Shown here: one piece after another, positions 39,801 to 52,798 of the stretch
Layout: each line of letters starts with the position of its first letter
Position numbering within the stretch: position 1 is the first letter of the stretch
Assembly: GCA_043228905.1 (NCBI GenBank)
Contig: JBHGNT010000005.1
Coordinates: forward strand, 21,080,001-21,144,000
Direction of reading: 5' to 3'
DNA: 64,000 nt
DNA from: Azolla caroliniana
Taxonomy: Eukaryota > Plantae > Polypodiophyta
Position numbers and translations under genes: made by a program
The notes under the pieces: generated by a model
Told to the model about the DNA's origin: nothing
What the model saw: the letters and a program-made list of their open reading frames with translations, nothing else
Databases searched by the model: none

Positions 39801-40670
39801 ATGGTGCAGGTGCTGTTATAAAGCGGGCACTTACCCATGAACAACTAAAGGCAGGTGGTGTGTAGATGAATTGTCCAGCACATGTAGTTGAATTTTTAAG
39901 AGCTAATATGTCAACGAATGCAACTGGTGTTTATTCCTCGTAGGTCCGAGGTATCAAACGTGAATTTTGGGAAGTGGCGATAGATGAAGTAAATAGGGAG
40001 AAGACCTGGGAGTGCCAAGGAATTCCCGAATTGCGATCTCTCCATGCTGTTCGCGGTTATTCTAGGTTGGATGGTCATTGTATTGCGGTTAGAGAATTAA
40101 TTTGTTTTTGCTTCCATTGTGTGCAGGAAAATTAGAGGTATTGTTTAAACAAAGCATATATTCAGAATTGGGAGTATCATACATTGAACGATAACGAAGC
40201 AGTTGATGGAGAAATAGAAAAGAATGAGGACTTCACATATGAACGATAACGAAGCATATATTGCGGTTAGAGAATTAATTTGTTTTTGCTTCCATTGTGT
40301 GCAGGGAAATTGGAGGTATTGTTTAAACAAAGCATATATTCAGAATTGGGAGTATCATACATTGAACGATCACGAAGCAGTTGATGGAGAAATAGAAAAG
40401 AATGAGGGCTTCACATATGAAGGACGTGGGGATACTCTGAGTGATGTCTTAAATGTTGGGGATAATTTCGTTGTAAATGCAAAAGAAGGCAATTTAGAGG
40501 GCGTTGATTTCTATATATTGAAGTGCACGGTTAGTAAATAGTGTGCAACGCAGAATATTGTAGATGCTTGGGGAAATTTTGTATCTATTGGGACATTCTA
40601 CATTGAAGGTTTTTTTTATGCAAGACTAGATTATTACGATGTGTATAGGCTATTAGAAGACTTTTAGAAT
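36833..40670 (+). pseudogene. Sola2-like DDD transposase (copy A), 2 exons, intron 37563-38788; frameshifts and stops
   Basis: Motifs FESLKPHFV..TCCCIYH, DFAKNY..EIQSMHW, FISDDKKHD, WVWFDRVASQFK, GQWKGEHDGAGAVIKR, CFCFHC. Phase-0 splice CAG|gtattt..cgcag|GTC. The Sola2 assignment comes from remembered motifs, not a search. Confidence 0.78.
37608..38762. repeat. Intronic array of the palindrome TAGCTAATTAGCTA
   Basis: Dozens of TAGCTA/TAGCTAATTAGCTA copies filling the transposase intron. Confidence 0.95.
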
Positions 40671-40924
40671 TAACACTATCATGAAATTAGCAATCCTGAA
40701 CATACTCTCAAAATTACACAGTAGATAAGTTACTCAAAACAAGCAATTTAATTCTTCATTGATTAATCTATCATCAAATTACATATTTATAACATCCCAT
40801 TGGCAATGCCTTCAAAACGACTATAAATAGCTAAGCTCTTGCTGGTAAGTAGAACTTCTCTACATATATTATATGCATACTGAGCTTGGTATGGAGTCCA
40901 CAACCATGCAATTAGTTGGCAACT

Positions 40925-43900
40925 CTATGCTTTCACCAAGTACTGTTTAGGCATTTCCTCGGGTAGAATGCGACAACATCTGCGAATGTTGAAGTAATGC
41001 CGGAAATGTTCTATATCCAGAATCAATGTATTGTCGGCATTATAATCTGGACAGGTAGCCCAAAAATCAGAAAGTCTTTTGAATCTTGCAACATCCTTTT
41101 GCTCACATTTCTCTCGTGTCCACTGGCCCTTGAAATGTTGTCGCCACTTTGGGAAGAATCTTTCTACACACTTCCACACATCTATACATGGTTTTTCACT
41201 CCAAATAAACAAATCAAAGTATTGCAAAGCCCACTCTAGAAATCGATTTGCGTCCCTCCTTGGTGTCATATATCGCACACTCATCAAGACTTTATCAAGC
41301 TCCAAGATCAAGGCTCTTATTTTGACTTCTAATGGTTTAAGTTTCCATTCCTGTAACCGAGACTCTATTACACCCTTTACTTGTAGCACACGATCAATTT
41401 CAATCAAATCAGGTTCGGTCGACACAATTGGTCTCCTTTTCCTCTTCAAACCCCTGGTTGACTGTGTTGGGCCTGGCTTCACATTCTGGTGCTCTTGTAT
41501 TGTCGACTTAGTCATTAGCTCGATGCATGTAGATATTGATTTGGTCGATATTAGCCCACTGGTATCAAATGTTGCATCTACCTGCAAAATTAGATCACCT
41601 GTGCAACATGCTTGATCAACTTGCGTGACCAAATCATTTGTGTCAGTTGCTACATCTACTTTCAAGATGTGGCCCTCTAAACACGCAACAACATCAATAG
41701 TTTCCACATTGCCATCGGCCTTAGGATCAATAGATTCAAACCCTTTAGACTCTACAACATCAGAAAACACCATCATATTCACACACAAAGTAAATAACAA
41801 TTTCACAAAACAACATAATGAACATGACATATTTTCCATCATAGAACAACATGAACATAATTATCTTGGAGAAACATCATAGAGTTCCATTGCATAATGT
41901 GGATCAAGCAACAACCAATCTGAGGCTTTACTTGTCCAAATAGATCATAGTAAAACTTCATAAAACCCTAGGAAAATCGCTAACAATCATATCCCACTAA
42001 TAAGTATTTCGCCCCAATTCAAGAGCCCCTTGACCGAGTAATTGGTCTTGTCCCCGATCGTGACCCCTTCTTCAGCCTTTTTCTAGCCGGTTGCCCATTT
42101 AGCCTTGCTTCTTTCACCCATTGCACAAGTCTATCCTCATCCGACAACCTTTCCATCACCTCAGCAGCGGCTTGCACATCAACCGTGTCTTGCGCTAGCT
42201 TTCTCAGTACAGTGGAATATGTTTGGAAATTATCAGTAGTTGGGCTCGGTGGGGTGGAATCAAGGTTTTGGGATTCGAAGAAATGTTGCATCAAGTGTTC
42301 AAAAACACTGTTGTTGTGAGCCTCAGATTTGCATGATGTTTCCAATATTTCATGGTTTTTCACATCGTTGCTTAATTCAGTACAATCTTCTAAAAGAATA
42401 GGGTGGAGCTGATCTGAAGGAGATGTGATAGCAAGACTCTTACTTTCAACCAAGTTGGCAGATATCTCCTCATCGGTTGCAACATCATCAGCACCGGACA
42501 CCTCATGTGCCCTCCTTAATCCACAAGATTCTACAACAACAAGGTAGCTAATTAGCTACTCAACTACATCTTAGCAAACTAGCCATTCTTCTAGACTTGC
42601 ATAGTAGCTAATTAGCTACCACTGACCTAATTGCCTGCTTCTCTTAGGTATGATACTAGCTAATTAGCTACTTTTTCTCAATATGGTAGCAACTAATGAG
42701 ATACTCTACTAAAGTATGGTAGTAGCTAATTAGCTACCAGTTAGCTAATTAGCCACTTAGCTAAAGTATGGTACTAACCAATTAGCCCCTATAACTAAAG
42801 TATGGTAGTAGCTAATTAGCCATTGTACTAAACTATGGTAGTAACTAATTAGCTACCACTTAGCTAATTAGCTATTGTACTAAACTATAGTAGTAGCTAA
42901 TTCACTACTCAACTAAAGTATGGTAGTAGCTAATTAGCTACCACTTAGCTAATTAGTTACTCAACTAAACTATGGTAGTAGCTAATTAAATACTACTTAG
43001 TTAATTAGCTATCACTTAGCTAATTCACTACTCAACTAAAGTATGGTAGTAGCTAATTAGCTACCACTTAGCTAATTAGTTACTCAACTAAACTATGGTA
43101 GTAGCTAATTAGATACCACTTAGTTAATTAGCTATCACTTAGCTAATTCACTACTCAACTAAAGTATGGTAGTAGTTAATTAGCTACTGTACTAAACTAT
43201 GGTAGTAGCTATTTGGCTACCACTTAGCTAATTAGCTACTCAACTAAAGTATGGTAGTACCTAATTGGGTACCACAGTGAGCTAATTAGCTACTCAATTA
43301 AAGTATGGTAGTAGCTAATTAGCTACCACTTAGCTAATTAACTATATGTTAGCAAATTAGCTACTACACTAAACCATAATAGCTAAATAGTTTCCACACT
43401 TTATACGGCTTACCTAATTAGCAAAGATGTAACTAATTAGCTACATTATGGTCACAAGCAACAATTTTACCTGTTAGTTTTCTCACTCATCTGGGAGAGT
43501 TGTACTACAATCCCCCAAACGGAATGGAGCAATGCGACGGGCATATTGAAAACAAACGATATGGTATGTGTGCTGGCATGGTTGTAGGTGAACCAACAGA
43601 GTAGCAAATTTGTCCTCTACACGTAATCCGCAAGCGAAGCAACGTGCTTGAATAGTCAACATATCGTTTCCGGGTTCTCCTTCATTTGGTAAGGGAGCAA
43701 GAATGTTCAGGTCCAATTCTTGTCTGCTCCTTACCATCTCCTTCAGAAAATGTACCTGTTTCGTAAGGCAACTAACTACCTATTCTTGACGGGAGTATTG
43801 TTCCTCCAACGCAATCGAGAAATTTACCGATTAATTATTCCTTAATGAGGAAGATACAACAACAAGAAACAAGAATCATTGACTTACTTGTAACTTGTCC

Positions 43901-44795
43901 AAATTGTAATCAACGACAATATTTACATCTAGAAGGTCCATGTTCATTGGAAGAACTTGGATCTTTGTCTGCAGTTGAATTTTCCGTTGGGGATCTAGCG
44001 ACCCCTCAATTTGAAGCTCTTGTTGAGCAACCTGTTCCAAATAATGCCTCATCAACACATTTTCATGTACTAGTTATTTATAACATATTACATACTAGCA
44101 AAACAATAGGTACCTGAATCTTATTTCTAATTGTTGTACTTGCCAAAGTGACTTTGCTCTCCATCGTAGTAGCCAATGTTGCTTTCTCTAACTCAGTCTT
44201 TAAAAACACCAATGTCTCACAGGCTTCATGGACATTTTTTAGCATAGAGCTAATCAATGTCTCACCTGTGTCATCGGCATTGGCTTTCATTGTGTGTCGG
44301 TGTCGCGTATACTTGCTGGTTTGTTGGGAGTCGGTAGTGGCATCATGAACTGCCATGCTCCAAAATCTTGCCATTTTTTGTTGCAAGCTCCCCATCTTCC
44401 GGCATCTTTCTACTGATGCCTCACCATAAATTGCCCAAGCTACCCTGTACATTTCAGGTTCACGAGATTCCTTCGCTATTTTCCAATACTCGTATGCAAA
44501 AGCTCTGGCAAATGAAATAGACAACTCGTTGTTGACCAGGATCTCTTCATGTACTTTCTGGTGCAGTCTCATGCAATCATCATACAGGTCTGGTCGTACA
44601 TGCTTGACCTTGACCTTGCCTTTCACTCTAGGCACTTTATATACTGACATCTAGTCTACATCACTAATCAATCTATTCGTTAGAACAGCATGGTCAATAT
44701 CGTCGAGCGACAAACCATATATGTGGTGAAAGTCCTCCTTTGTCTCGCAAAATTTTGCGAAGTTCAACACTCTAGGATAGGGGGGAACGAGCCAC
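40925..44795 (-). pseudogene. Companion gene of copy A: unknown N-terminal domain, coiled coil, RING finger, NLS-like basic patches, C-terminal FCP1/NIF (HAD) phosphatase-like domain
   Basis: Exons ~44795-44114, ~44070-43890, 43755-43471, 42530-~42010 and ~41750-40925, several with GT/AG borders. RING: CFACG..PCQHTYHIVC. FCP1-like: LILELDKVL..RRDANRFLEWALQYFDLFIWS..FKRLSDFW..YNADNTLILD. A few in-frame stops. Confidence 0.72.
42545..43445. repeat. Second TAGCTAATTAGCTA array, in the companion-gene intron 42531-43470
   Basis: Units such as CAACTAAAGTATGGTAGTAGCTAATTAGCTACCACTTAGCTAATT; donor at 43470, acceptor at 42531. Confidence 0.93.
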
Positions 44796-45709
44796 CTGAA
44801 ATAGAAAATCAGTAATCACAATTGGTGCAAAAAGAAAAATTTTAATGTGAATTTGGTGCAAAATTACAACACTTTGAGATAGTAATTTGAAATTTGTAAT
44901 TTGTCCTTTTCAACATGTATCAGAAATCAACCACTTAAAAAATCAAAAACCCTAATCAGAATTTGTCATGAGAACTGGTGCAAAATTACAACACATTGCG
45001 ACAGTAATCAGAAATTTGTAATTAGAAATTTGTAACCATAAACTTGTTATCTGAAATTTGTAATCAGAAACCCTAAACCACTTAAGGAAAACACAAACCC
45101 TAATTATCACTAAATGCAGAAATCAACCGTAATACGAAATTCTGTCAATCAGAAACACACTTGCTACTACACCCTGAAAGATGAACAGGGACATCCTTGG
45201 TTGGGTCTCCAATGACTTCACCCTATTCGATTTTTGGAAAAGATGAATAGGCACCAAAGTTACAAACAGTTATCAGACAGGAAAAAAAAAGTTTTTATAC
45301 CATGTAACTGATACATACTTGGACGAGGATCGAACTGGTCGTGTGTTGTAGCTCTAAAGGTGCAATGTCGTTCTCAGAGTTTTTGTGTTGCTGAGGGAGC
45401 TTCGTCTGCGTTCATGCTCAAAGTACTCCATATGTTTGGAGTTCGAACTCGAACTCAAGATTATTAGGAATTTGATGACATTCAAGTTGACCTTAGATGA
45501 TGGCACTATTCCCCAAGTTCCACTATGTCAGAAACCAAAGCTCAAATATTTGAGTATTCTCATAAATTAAATGACATGTATTTAACAAATAAAACTTAAA
45601 ATTTCGTAAACCATCCTTATGATTTTACCCACAAAAAACTAGCTAAACAAATAGCTAATTAGCTATAATAGTGTTTCGACTCGCATGCTTTTACCTTGAA
45701 CCAACATGC

Positions 45710-47361
45710 GACTTCCAACGGCATTTTCTTCCTCATTGGGGGCCTCAATCGGAAAGAGGTTTGGTTTTGCTTGTCTTCTAGGCAATCAACACACTTATCC
45801 AGAAGCACTTTCTTCACCTCCCGTAGGAGTTCTTTTTCCGCTACAATCTGCATTCCCTTCTAGCTCATCTGGCACAACTTCTTATGCCACAACTGACCGG
45901 CGTTGTTAGCTGCCACGTTTACCTCATTTCGGCATAATCAGGCATGCATTAGATATAGTATGCTATTTTTTTGGGCTCGAGCCATGATCAGGCTCCCTTT
46001 GAAGAACTTCATGACGTCATTTTGGATGCTACCCGTGTAGCCTTCGTCACCTAGCCTACTGACTGATATCATATTCAATCTGACTTCTGGAACGTGTCAA
46101 ACATCTCTCAACACTAATCGACGTTACAAGACACACATCTCCGATGCCAAAAATTCAGCATGCTTCTTCATTTCCCATTTTTACAAGATCGTGGTCTCCG
46201 GCCTTGTATGATGAGAAGCACTTTCGGTTGGGGGTTAGGTGAAACGACGCACCCGAATTGACCACCCATGTCGATTCTTCGCCGGCGAGATTGAGCTCAT
46301 TTTGTTCACTGATGAACAATAGGTCCTCTTCACTCACAACGATTGTTGAGGTGTTCTTTCTGTCGGGGATCTTCTTCAGCTCTACACCATTAGTTCCCCC
46401 TTTCTCCTCTCGAAAGTGTCGACAGTTCTTTTGAATGTGCCCTGACTTCCCACAATAGAAGCACGTGGGCCTTCCCCTCGACTTCGACCTCATCCCCGAC
46501 TTGTCTCGATTTTGGGGACTCCAATTTCAGCTTCTTCCTCGATTCATGACACTTTCTGTGACAAGGACCTTCGGGTTAGTATTAGACTCTTGGTCCTTTC
46601 AGCGATCTTCTTCATTCAATAAGCTTGACTTCACCTGCTCTAGGGATAAGTGTTTCCCATCTGATCCCGCGTTGCCCAATGTGACAACTATCAGTTGTCT
46701 GGAAGGGATCCCAACAACAATAGTGCTAATACATCATCATCAAGAGGCACTTCTAAAGAGGTGGTCTGATTTATTAGTCCTTGGAAGACATTAATGTGCT
46801 CCGCCATGCTGGAGCTGTCTTGATACCAGAGTCTCACGATGTTTCTGAAAACTGAGAATTTGTTCACTATGTTCTTGTTTTCGAACATTACGCCAATCTT
46901 CTTCCAGAGGACGTCAACACTTGTCTCTTCATCAAAGTTGTTGTATAAAGTCATGTCTATGAAACACCTTATATATGTTGCCGCCTTCAGATGCATGACT
47001 TCCCAAGTCGATGCATGGATCTTGTTTGGCTTACTTCTACCAAACTGCACTGGTAGCCACATGTCTTTGCACACCAACATCTCCCACATCTTCGACTTCC
47101 ACACTGAATAGTTGGAGCCGATAGGTTTGAACATGCCGCCAAAGTGTCCATCCATTATTCTAGTAACACTTTGCTAGGATCTAGACCGGCCACAACCAGT
47201 TTCACACTCGGTTCGGGTGCAAATAATTGAGATAAATAGTACACAGACAGAAAACGAGAAGGCAAAAAATAGGTACAGAGACACAAAATCTTTTATGTAG
47301 AAAACTTGACTTAGGAAAAACCACGGGGGTCCACAAACCCCAAGAAACAAAATCACCATAA
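45710..47361 (-). mobile_element. 5' part of copia-4: 5' LTR fragment 47172-47361, gag, protease, integrase N-terminus
   Basis: SNYSVWKSKM, CFYCGKSGH, WVVNSGASFH, CVDCL..KQ; LTR matches 28933-29059. Confidence 0.88.
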
Positions 47362-48238
47362 TGTTAGGATTTTGGTCCCTCCGGATGGGATATGAGTACC
47401 CGGCAAGGAAGACCCGGTGAGAACCGGATGATGCAGGCTTGGTGAGAACCTCTCACCGGATAAAGGGACATATAGGTAAATATGTTTCTGAGAGCCCATT
47501 AGGGTTATATTTGTAAATAGTCCTAATTTCATATTAGTATAAATATGACCTAGGGCAAACACTTATGGTGTTGGTTATTCTTTTGTGTTGTTGTTGTAAC
47601 TGATGTATAGAGAGAGAGATAGATATATAGATAGATTATATTATCGTCTTCGGAGGTCAAATATGACCTATGAGACCAAAAATATTACATTTCACGTGAT
47701 ATGTGTGAAAGTGAGTAGTGACTCTCGATGTTCAAGAACTTTACCAATGAATGTTGCAATCGTGAGTGCACATTGTGGTTGTGAGAGGAATTCATGCAAA
47801 GATTGGGCTCGATCGAAGAGATGTGGAAAGCATGGTCAAATATGATCAAAGGCAGAGCATTATATCAAAGTGTGATACTCAGACTCGTGAACTTGTTTAG
47901 GGCAAAGTGTGCATAGCCGACCACTCTCATCACTTGTACCCCAATGCCTTGTTTCACATCGCAATGCATGTGAGCTAAGTCGCATGGAAGCAATGGTTCG
48001 AATGGCAGATAACGGTATGGGCTCTAACATTTATGGATGTGTACGATTTCCCCGTTCCGCAAAGAATATGGTTTTGTAGTTAGGTGCAATATGTGTAGTA
48101 TAATGTGTGAAGCGTGAGCCTCCACATTTGTCCCATGTCATGATACATTGGCGTTGAAAAATGCCTCAGAGAGAGAGAGAGAGAGAGAGCGATTATCTAT
48201 TGTAACCACCGCCAGGGAAGAGAGATACATTGGCATTG

Positions 48239-48279
<41 letters not shown>

Positions 48280-48455
48280 CCGAGCGATTATCTATTGTAA
48301 CCACCGCCAGGGAAGAGAGTGAGCACGAGGTCGTTGCCTCTGTGCCCCCTTGTTGTATTCTTTTGACATAGTATTAGTTTCGAGTCTGTGGGCTCCTGTG
48401 GTTTTTCCTTCTTAGGGTTTTCCACGTTAACATCTTGTGTACTCTCTTGTTTATT
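47362..48455 (+). repeat. Copia-type LTR (related to the copia-1 LTR, opposite orientation) interrupted by a LINE fragment
   Basis: Starts TGTTAGG; AGCCCATT..GTTATATTTGTAAATAG..TATAAATATGAC and GAGGTCGTTGCCTCTG match the reverse complement of the copia-1 LTR. Confidence 0.75.
47606..48170 (-). mobile_element. Third copy of the LINE A 3' end, inserted in an (AG)n tract
   Basis: Reverse complement of ~31620-32088 / 34440-34915, flanked by AG repeats. Confidence 0.88.
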
Positions 48456-48930
48456 TTAACGTACGAGATGTATGGATGCTTGATAAGTGAGGGTGAATGA
48501 TGTAATGTATGTGGAATCTTATACGATTATGAGTGTGAATGTAAGTGTGAGTGTGGTGGATACAAAGAGGTGTGAGTGAGTGACTAGGTGTGAATGCCCA
48601 AGGGGCTTGCACCCTTGTGGATCTACGCCTTTGTACCTATTTAACCCCTTATGGGGAATGAATGAAGACAATAACAATTTTTCTCTCTCTCCTTCCTAAC
48701 GTTGAACCCCCTTGGGAGGGGGGTGGAGCCATTCAAGGCACCACCCCCCACCCCTCAATGCTTGTCTTGTTCTCATGTTCTCTCTCACCATCATACCATT
48801 CATCATTTTCACCATTACACTATGACTATCTTCATTATCAATCTACCATCATTGCTAGCCCTATTCCTATCTTTATCATTATCATACCCTAACCCTAAAA
48901 ACATACAACACTTTCTGGTGACCACAACGG
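48456..48930 (+). repeat. Probable gypsy-type LTR with PBS-like TGGTGACCAC
   Basis: Ends ..CATACAACA at 48910, then TGGTGACCAC; followed by a purine-rich leader. No coding part seen. Confidence 0.45.
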
Positions 48931-49589
48931 CGAATCCCCTTTGAAGATGGAGTCCACAAATGATATGCGGTGGTACGATGTGCAAGAGGAAGTCAAAAAA
49001 TGATGTGTGAGAAAAGAAAAAAATGGTGACAAAGATGTGCAAAAAATGGAATCGACAACACTGTGCAAAAGGCGACGACAATGTGCGAAAGAAGTCCAAA
49101 ATGGAAGATTAACTACCGCATAATTCTACAGCGAATTAATCTCTATATGTGTATGTTTTGTTTGGTCTGTTTTTGTCGTAAATGTCCACGAAATGGTGCC
49201 AAAGATGTACGAAAACGATGACAATGTATGAGAGGAAATCACGGAATGTTGACGTTACGTGAGTGTGCGAGAATGGAAAATGGAAACGACAATGTGCAAA
49301 TGTGTGGTTAGCGACAATGTACGTGTGCAGGAAAGCGTGGTGCGAGAGACAGCCAAAAAATAGAAATGAACAAGAAGAAGAAAAACGCAGACCAAAGCAA
49401 CACAAAAGAAGGAAAGAGAGAGGAAGGAGAAGCAACATTCGCAACGGAAGAAGAACAGATAAAAAGAAGAAGAAGAAGAAGAAGAAGAGAAGAGAGAAAC
49501 AGAGAAACGACATGATATGACACACAAGAAGAAGAAGAAGAAGAAAACAAGAACATTGTTTCCCGTTACGAGAATAGGAGGAAAATATG

Positions 49590-52527
49590 TGTAAAAGTTG
49601 TGCGGAAACGTGTGCGTAAACGCAGAGTAGTTCAGTAAACACAGAAAACACAGAGATGGAGAGGGACAAGGAGAGACACTATAGATCAAATTCAAAATAA
49701 TTCTTTGTTCTGTACATACTTCGTGCTCAGTGAGCACCTTATGTATAAGCCTTGACAATCAAGCTGACACAAGTACTGACAGTACTTGAATCCTCATAAA
49801 TGAGCCGACTACACAAACTCCCAAAATTATACCTTTACGAGGAATAACGCTCTAACGGCCTCTTTTGGTTTTCACACCGATGTGGCCCTGTTGTGCATAC
49901 TTTTCCAGGCACCCAGTCTACGCATTGGGTTACGCTGCGTACTTCGCACCGAATGTTGAGCTTGTCTCTCAACATTCCCCCTCAAGCTCAACTTGAGGTA
50001 CCACTTGCTCCGCCGGATCTACGCTCCGATTCCTTCTGGCTTCACGCCTCGCTCGCGCTGCTCAACTTGTTCGATTCTGCGCGCTTTGACCCTTTCGGCC
50101 CTTCTCAACTCCCTTGTTGTCGCGGTGTCGGCGCGTCCTTCGCTGCCCTTTTCTCTGCATGGCCTTCAGTTGATTCGGCGTATCTGAATCAAACATACCG
50201 ATTGAATTGAACTCTTCCGATTCAATTTCACTCTCATCCGAATTGGATGTCTCCAATTCGTCCTCAATCTTCCGGCCCCTGACAACATCCGACCACATCT
50301 TAGTCTTGGCCTTATCTCCCCCTATTTCACCTGTCCTCGGCTGCTTCTTATGCTTACAGCCCTTGCTTCCGTCTTTGGCTTCTTCAACCGGTTCGAAGTC
50401 AAATTCTCCATGCGACTCCGCATCTTGGTCAATTCCGTCATGATGCTTACCTCCGCTCCTTTCACACTCTTGTCCCTGTTCTTCCTTTCTCCCCCTCAAG
50501 TTTAGCGTGTTAAGGTGACGCAACCCAAGCGCACCTGAGAAATGTCGTAACTTGTCGAGACCAAGAGGTTTTGTGAAGATGTCGGCAATCCGCCGATCAG
50601 TCGAAACATGCACCAATTCGACTTCTCTTGAAAGGACCCGCTCACGGACAAAATGGTAATGCACCTCAATGTGCTTGGTTTGGGCGTGGAACACGGGGTT
50701 TTTCGCAAGGTGGATACTGTTAAGGTTGCCGCAATAGATTGTCGTCGGATCAGACACCTCTACATGCAGATCTCGTAATAGCCGTTTCAGCCAAATTACT
50801 TCGCATGTAGCAACAGTCGCCCCTCGATATTCGGCCTCCATGCTCGACAGTGCTACTGTCGGCTGCTTCTTGCTACTCCATGCGATCGCCGCACTTCCCA
50901 ATGAGAATGCGTATCTAGATGTGGATCGACGATCGTGGGTTTTTCCGGCCCAATTGGCATCCGTGTAGCCAACTAACTGTTCGGCAATACCTGCCCAATA
51001 AAACAACGCCATGTCTTTCATGCCGCTGACATAACGCAGTATCCGTTGCATACACTTAAAGTGTTCGGCCATAGGCTGTGACGTGAATTGACTAATCATG
51101 CCAACCGGGTAACTGAGGTCCGACCGAGTAATAGTTAAATAGATGAGGCTTCCGACAATCTGTCGGAACCGTGTCGGGTAGCACGCCTTTCCCGAATCTC
51201 GGCGAAGCTTTACGTTTCAGTCCAGAGGGGTCTAGAACTTACAGTTTGCCATCCCGAACTTGAAGAGCATATTCATCATGTAATGATGTTGACTGATCAA
51301 TATGCCTTTGGGGTTACGGATCACTTCGATCCCGAGGAAGTAATGTAGGTCACCAAGATCGTTCATTTCGAATGATGCTTCAATCTGAGACTTTACGCGG
51401 TGGATTTCTTCTGGATCAGCACCGGTGATGACTAAATCATGAGCATACAATAGAAGAATAACCGGTCCATATTGACCTTGTCAAACAAACAAAGAAAAGT
51501 CTGATTTCGACGACGCAAACCCGATCTTATGTAGCTATTGCGTAATCTTCGCGTTCCAAGCTCAGGGGGCTTGATTAATTCCATAGAGTGACTTCTGCAA
51601 TCGGCAAATTGCCGAAGTGTTTTGTTCAAATAGAAATCCGAGGGGTTGTACCATATACACATGTTCCTCAAGATCACCGTGCAAGAACACATTCTTGACA
51701 TCCATCTTATGTAAGTGCCACCCCTTCGCGGCTGCTACGGCTAGCAGGACTCGCATGGTAGTCATCTTCGCGACAGGTGCGAAGGTCCTGTCATAGTCCA
51801 CGTCGTGCTTCTGCACGTAGCCTTTTGCTACTAAACGGGCCTTGTAGTGATTGACGGAGCTGTCCGTGTTGTGTTTCACTTTATACACCCACTGGCAGTC
51901 GATCGGCTTCACACCCTTCGGTGCGTAAACCACGTCCCATGTCTCGTTCTGCGTTAAGGCACGCATCTCTTCCTCCATCGTGGCACACCAATTTGCGTCT
52001 CTCGCCGCTTCTGCGTAGCTCTCCAATTCACGCACTTCCGCCACTCGCGTCATATACGCATAATGGTGCGCCATGTATTCATTAGACCCGTACCTTTTTA
52101 CGGGGTTCTTCTCGCGGGTAGATCGGCGTAAATCGTGATTACCCGATTTAACGACCTTTTCGGCCGATTTTGACCTCTTCTGCGGAGGTTTCTTTACGAT
52201 TGGCTAGATGTCAGATTCACTTTGAACTGACTCGGCGCTGCCAAAATTGTACTCCGACATTTTCTTCTTGCCCTTCTCCTTGCGCATAAATCGTCTCCTC
52301 GACTCTTTACGCGGGGGCATCATGGCCGAGTCTCCACTGCTTGTCATCTCATCATCTGGTTGGCCATCTCGGCCCAACTTTTCACTCGGCCCGCATAGCC
52401 GAAATGAGATCGGACTCTCTTTCAGAGTTCCGACATCCTCATCATGCGGAGGCATTTCAACCTCGTTGATCTCTTCTTCAGAAATCGGAGTAGAGTCTTG
52501 AGCTACTGGAGGTGAAGGCAAGTACCA
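49590..52527 (-). mobile_element. 3' part of a Ty1/copia element (copia-6): 3' LTR 49590-49974, PPT, RH, RT, integrase tail
   Basis: MDVKNVFLHG, YFLGIEV, GYTDANWA, HAQTKHIEVHYH, IADIFTK. The LTR shares its terminus TGTTGAGAGACAAGCTCAACA with the LTR at 61714. Confidence 0.92.
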
Positions 52528-52798
52528 GGGTCGAAGCATGCTACGGTGTACCAACTTTTGGCCAAAAATTTAGTACTAAATCGAGTCCGAAGAAAATAAA
52601 CATTAAAAATTGAAAATAAAACAATTATCGTCTATTGAATGGTGTTCAATTTCAAATAACAAATTCATTACGTCACACTCTAATGTACAAAGATATTATA
52701 CGTCACACTCAAAATGTCCCAAGGCCGTATTTAATACATTAATTGTAACTTCATTCTCCTAGGTAGAGTTGTATGAAAGCACACCTGGAGAAGGTTTC

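Larger units (their letters stand above)
35361..45696. mobile_element. ~10.3-kb TIR DNA transposon, Sola2-like (copy A), with two convergent genes
   Basis: 25-bp TIRs GAGTGAAAGCATGCGAGTGGAAACA (35361-35385) and TGTTTCGACTCGCATGCTTTTACCT (45672-45696), 21/25 match. DDD-type transposase on +, companion gene on -. No clean TSD. Confidence 0.85.

Noticed and set aside
35357-45700. TSD for Sola-like copy A
   Set aside because: Flanks AGAC and TGAA match only 2/4, so no TSD is claimed.
49136-49758. Long hydrophobic ORFs
   Set aside because: Translations of (GAA)n and purine-rich low-complexity DNA.
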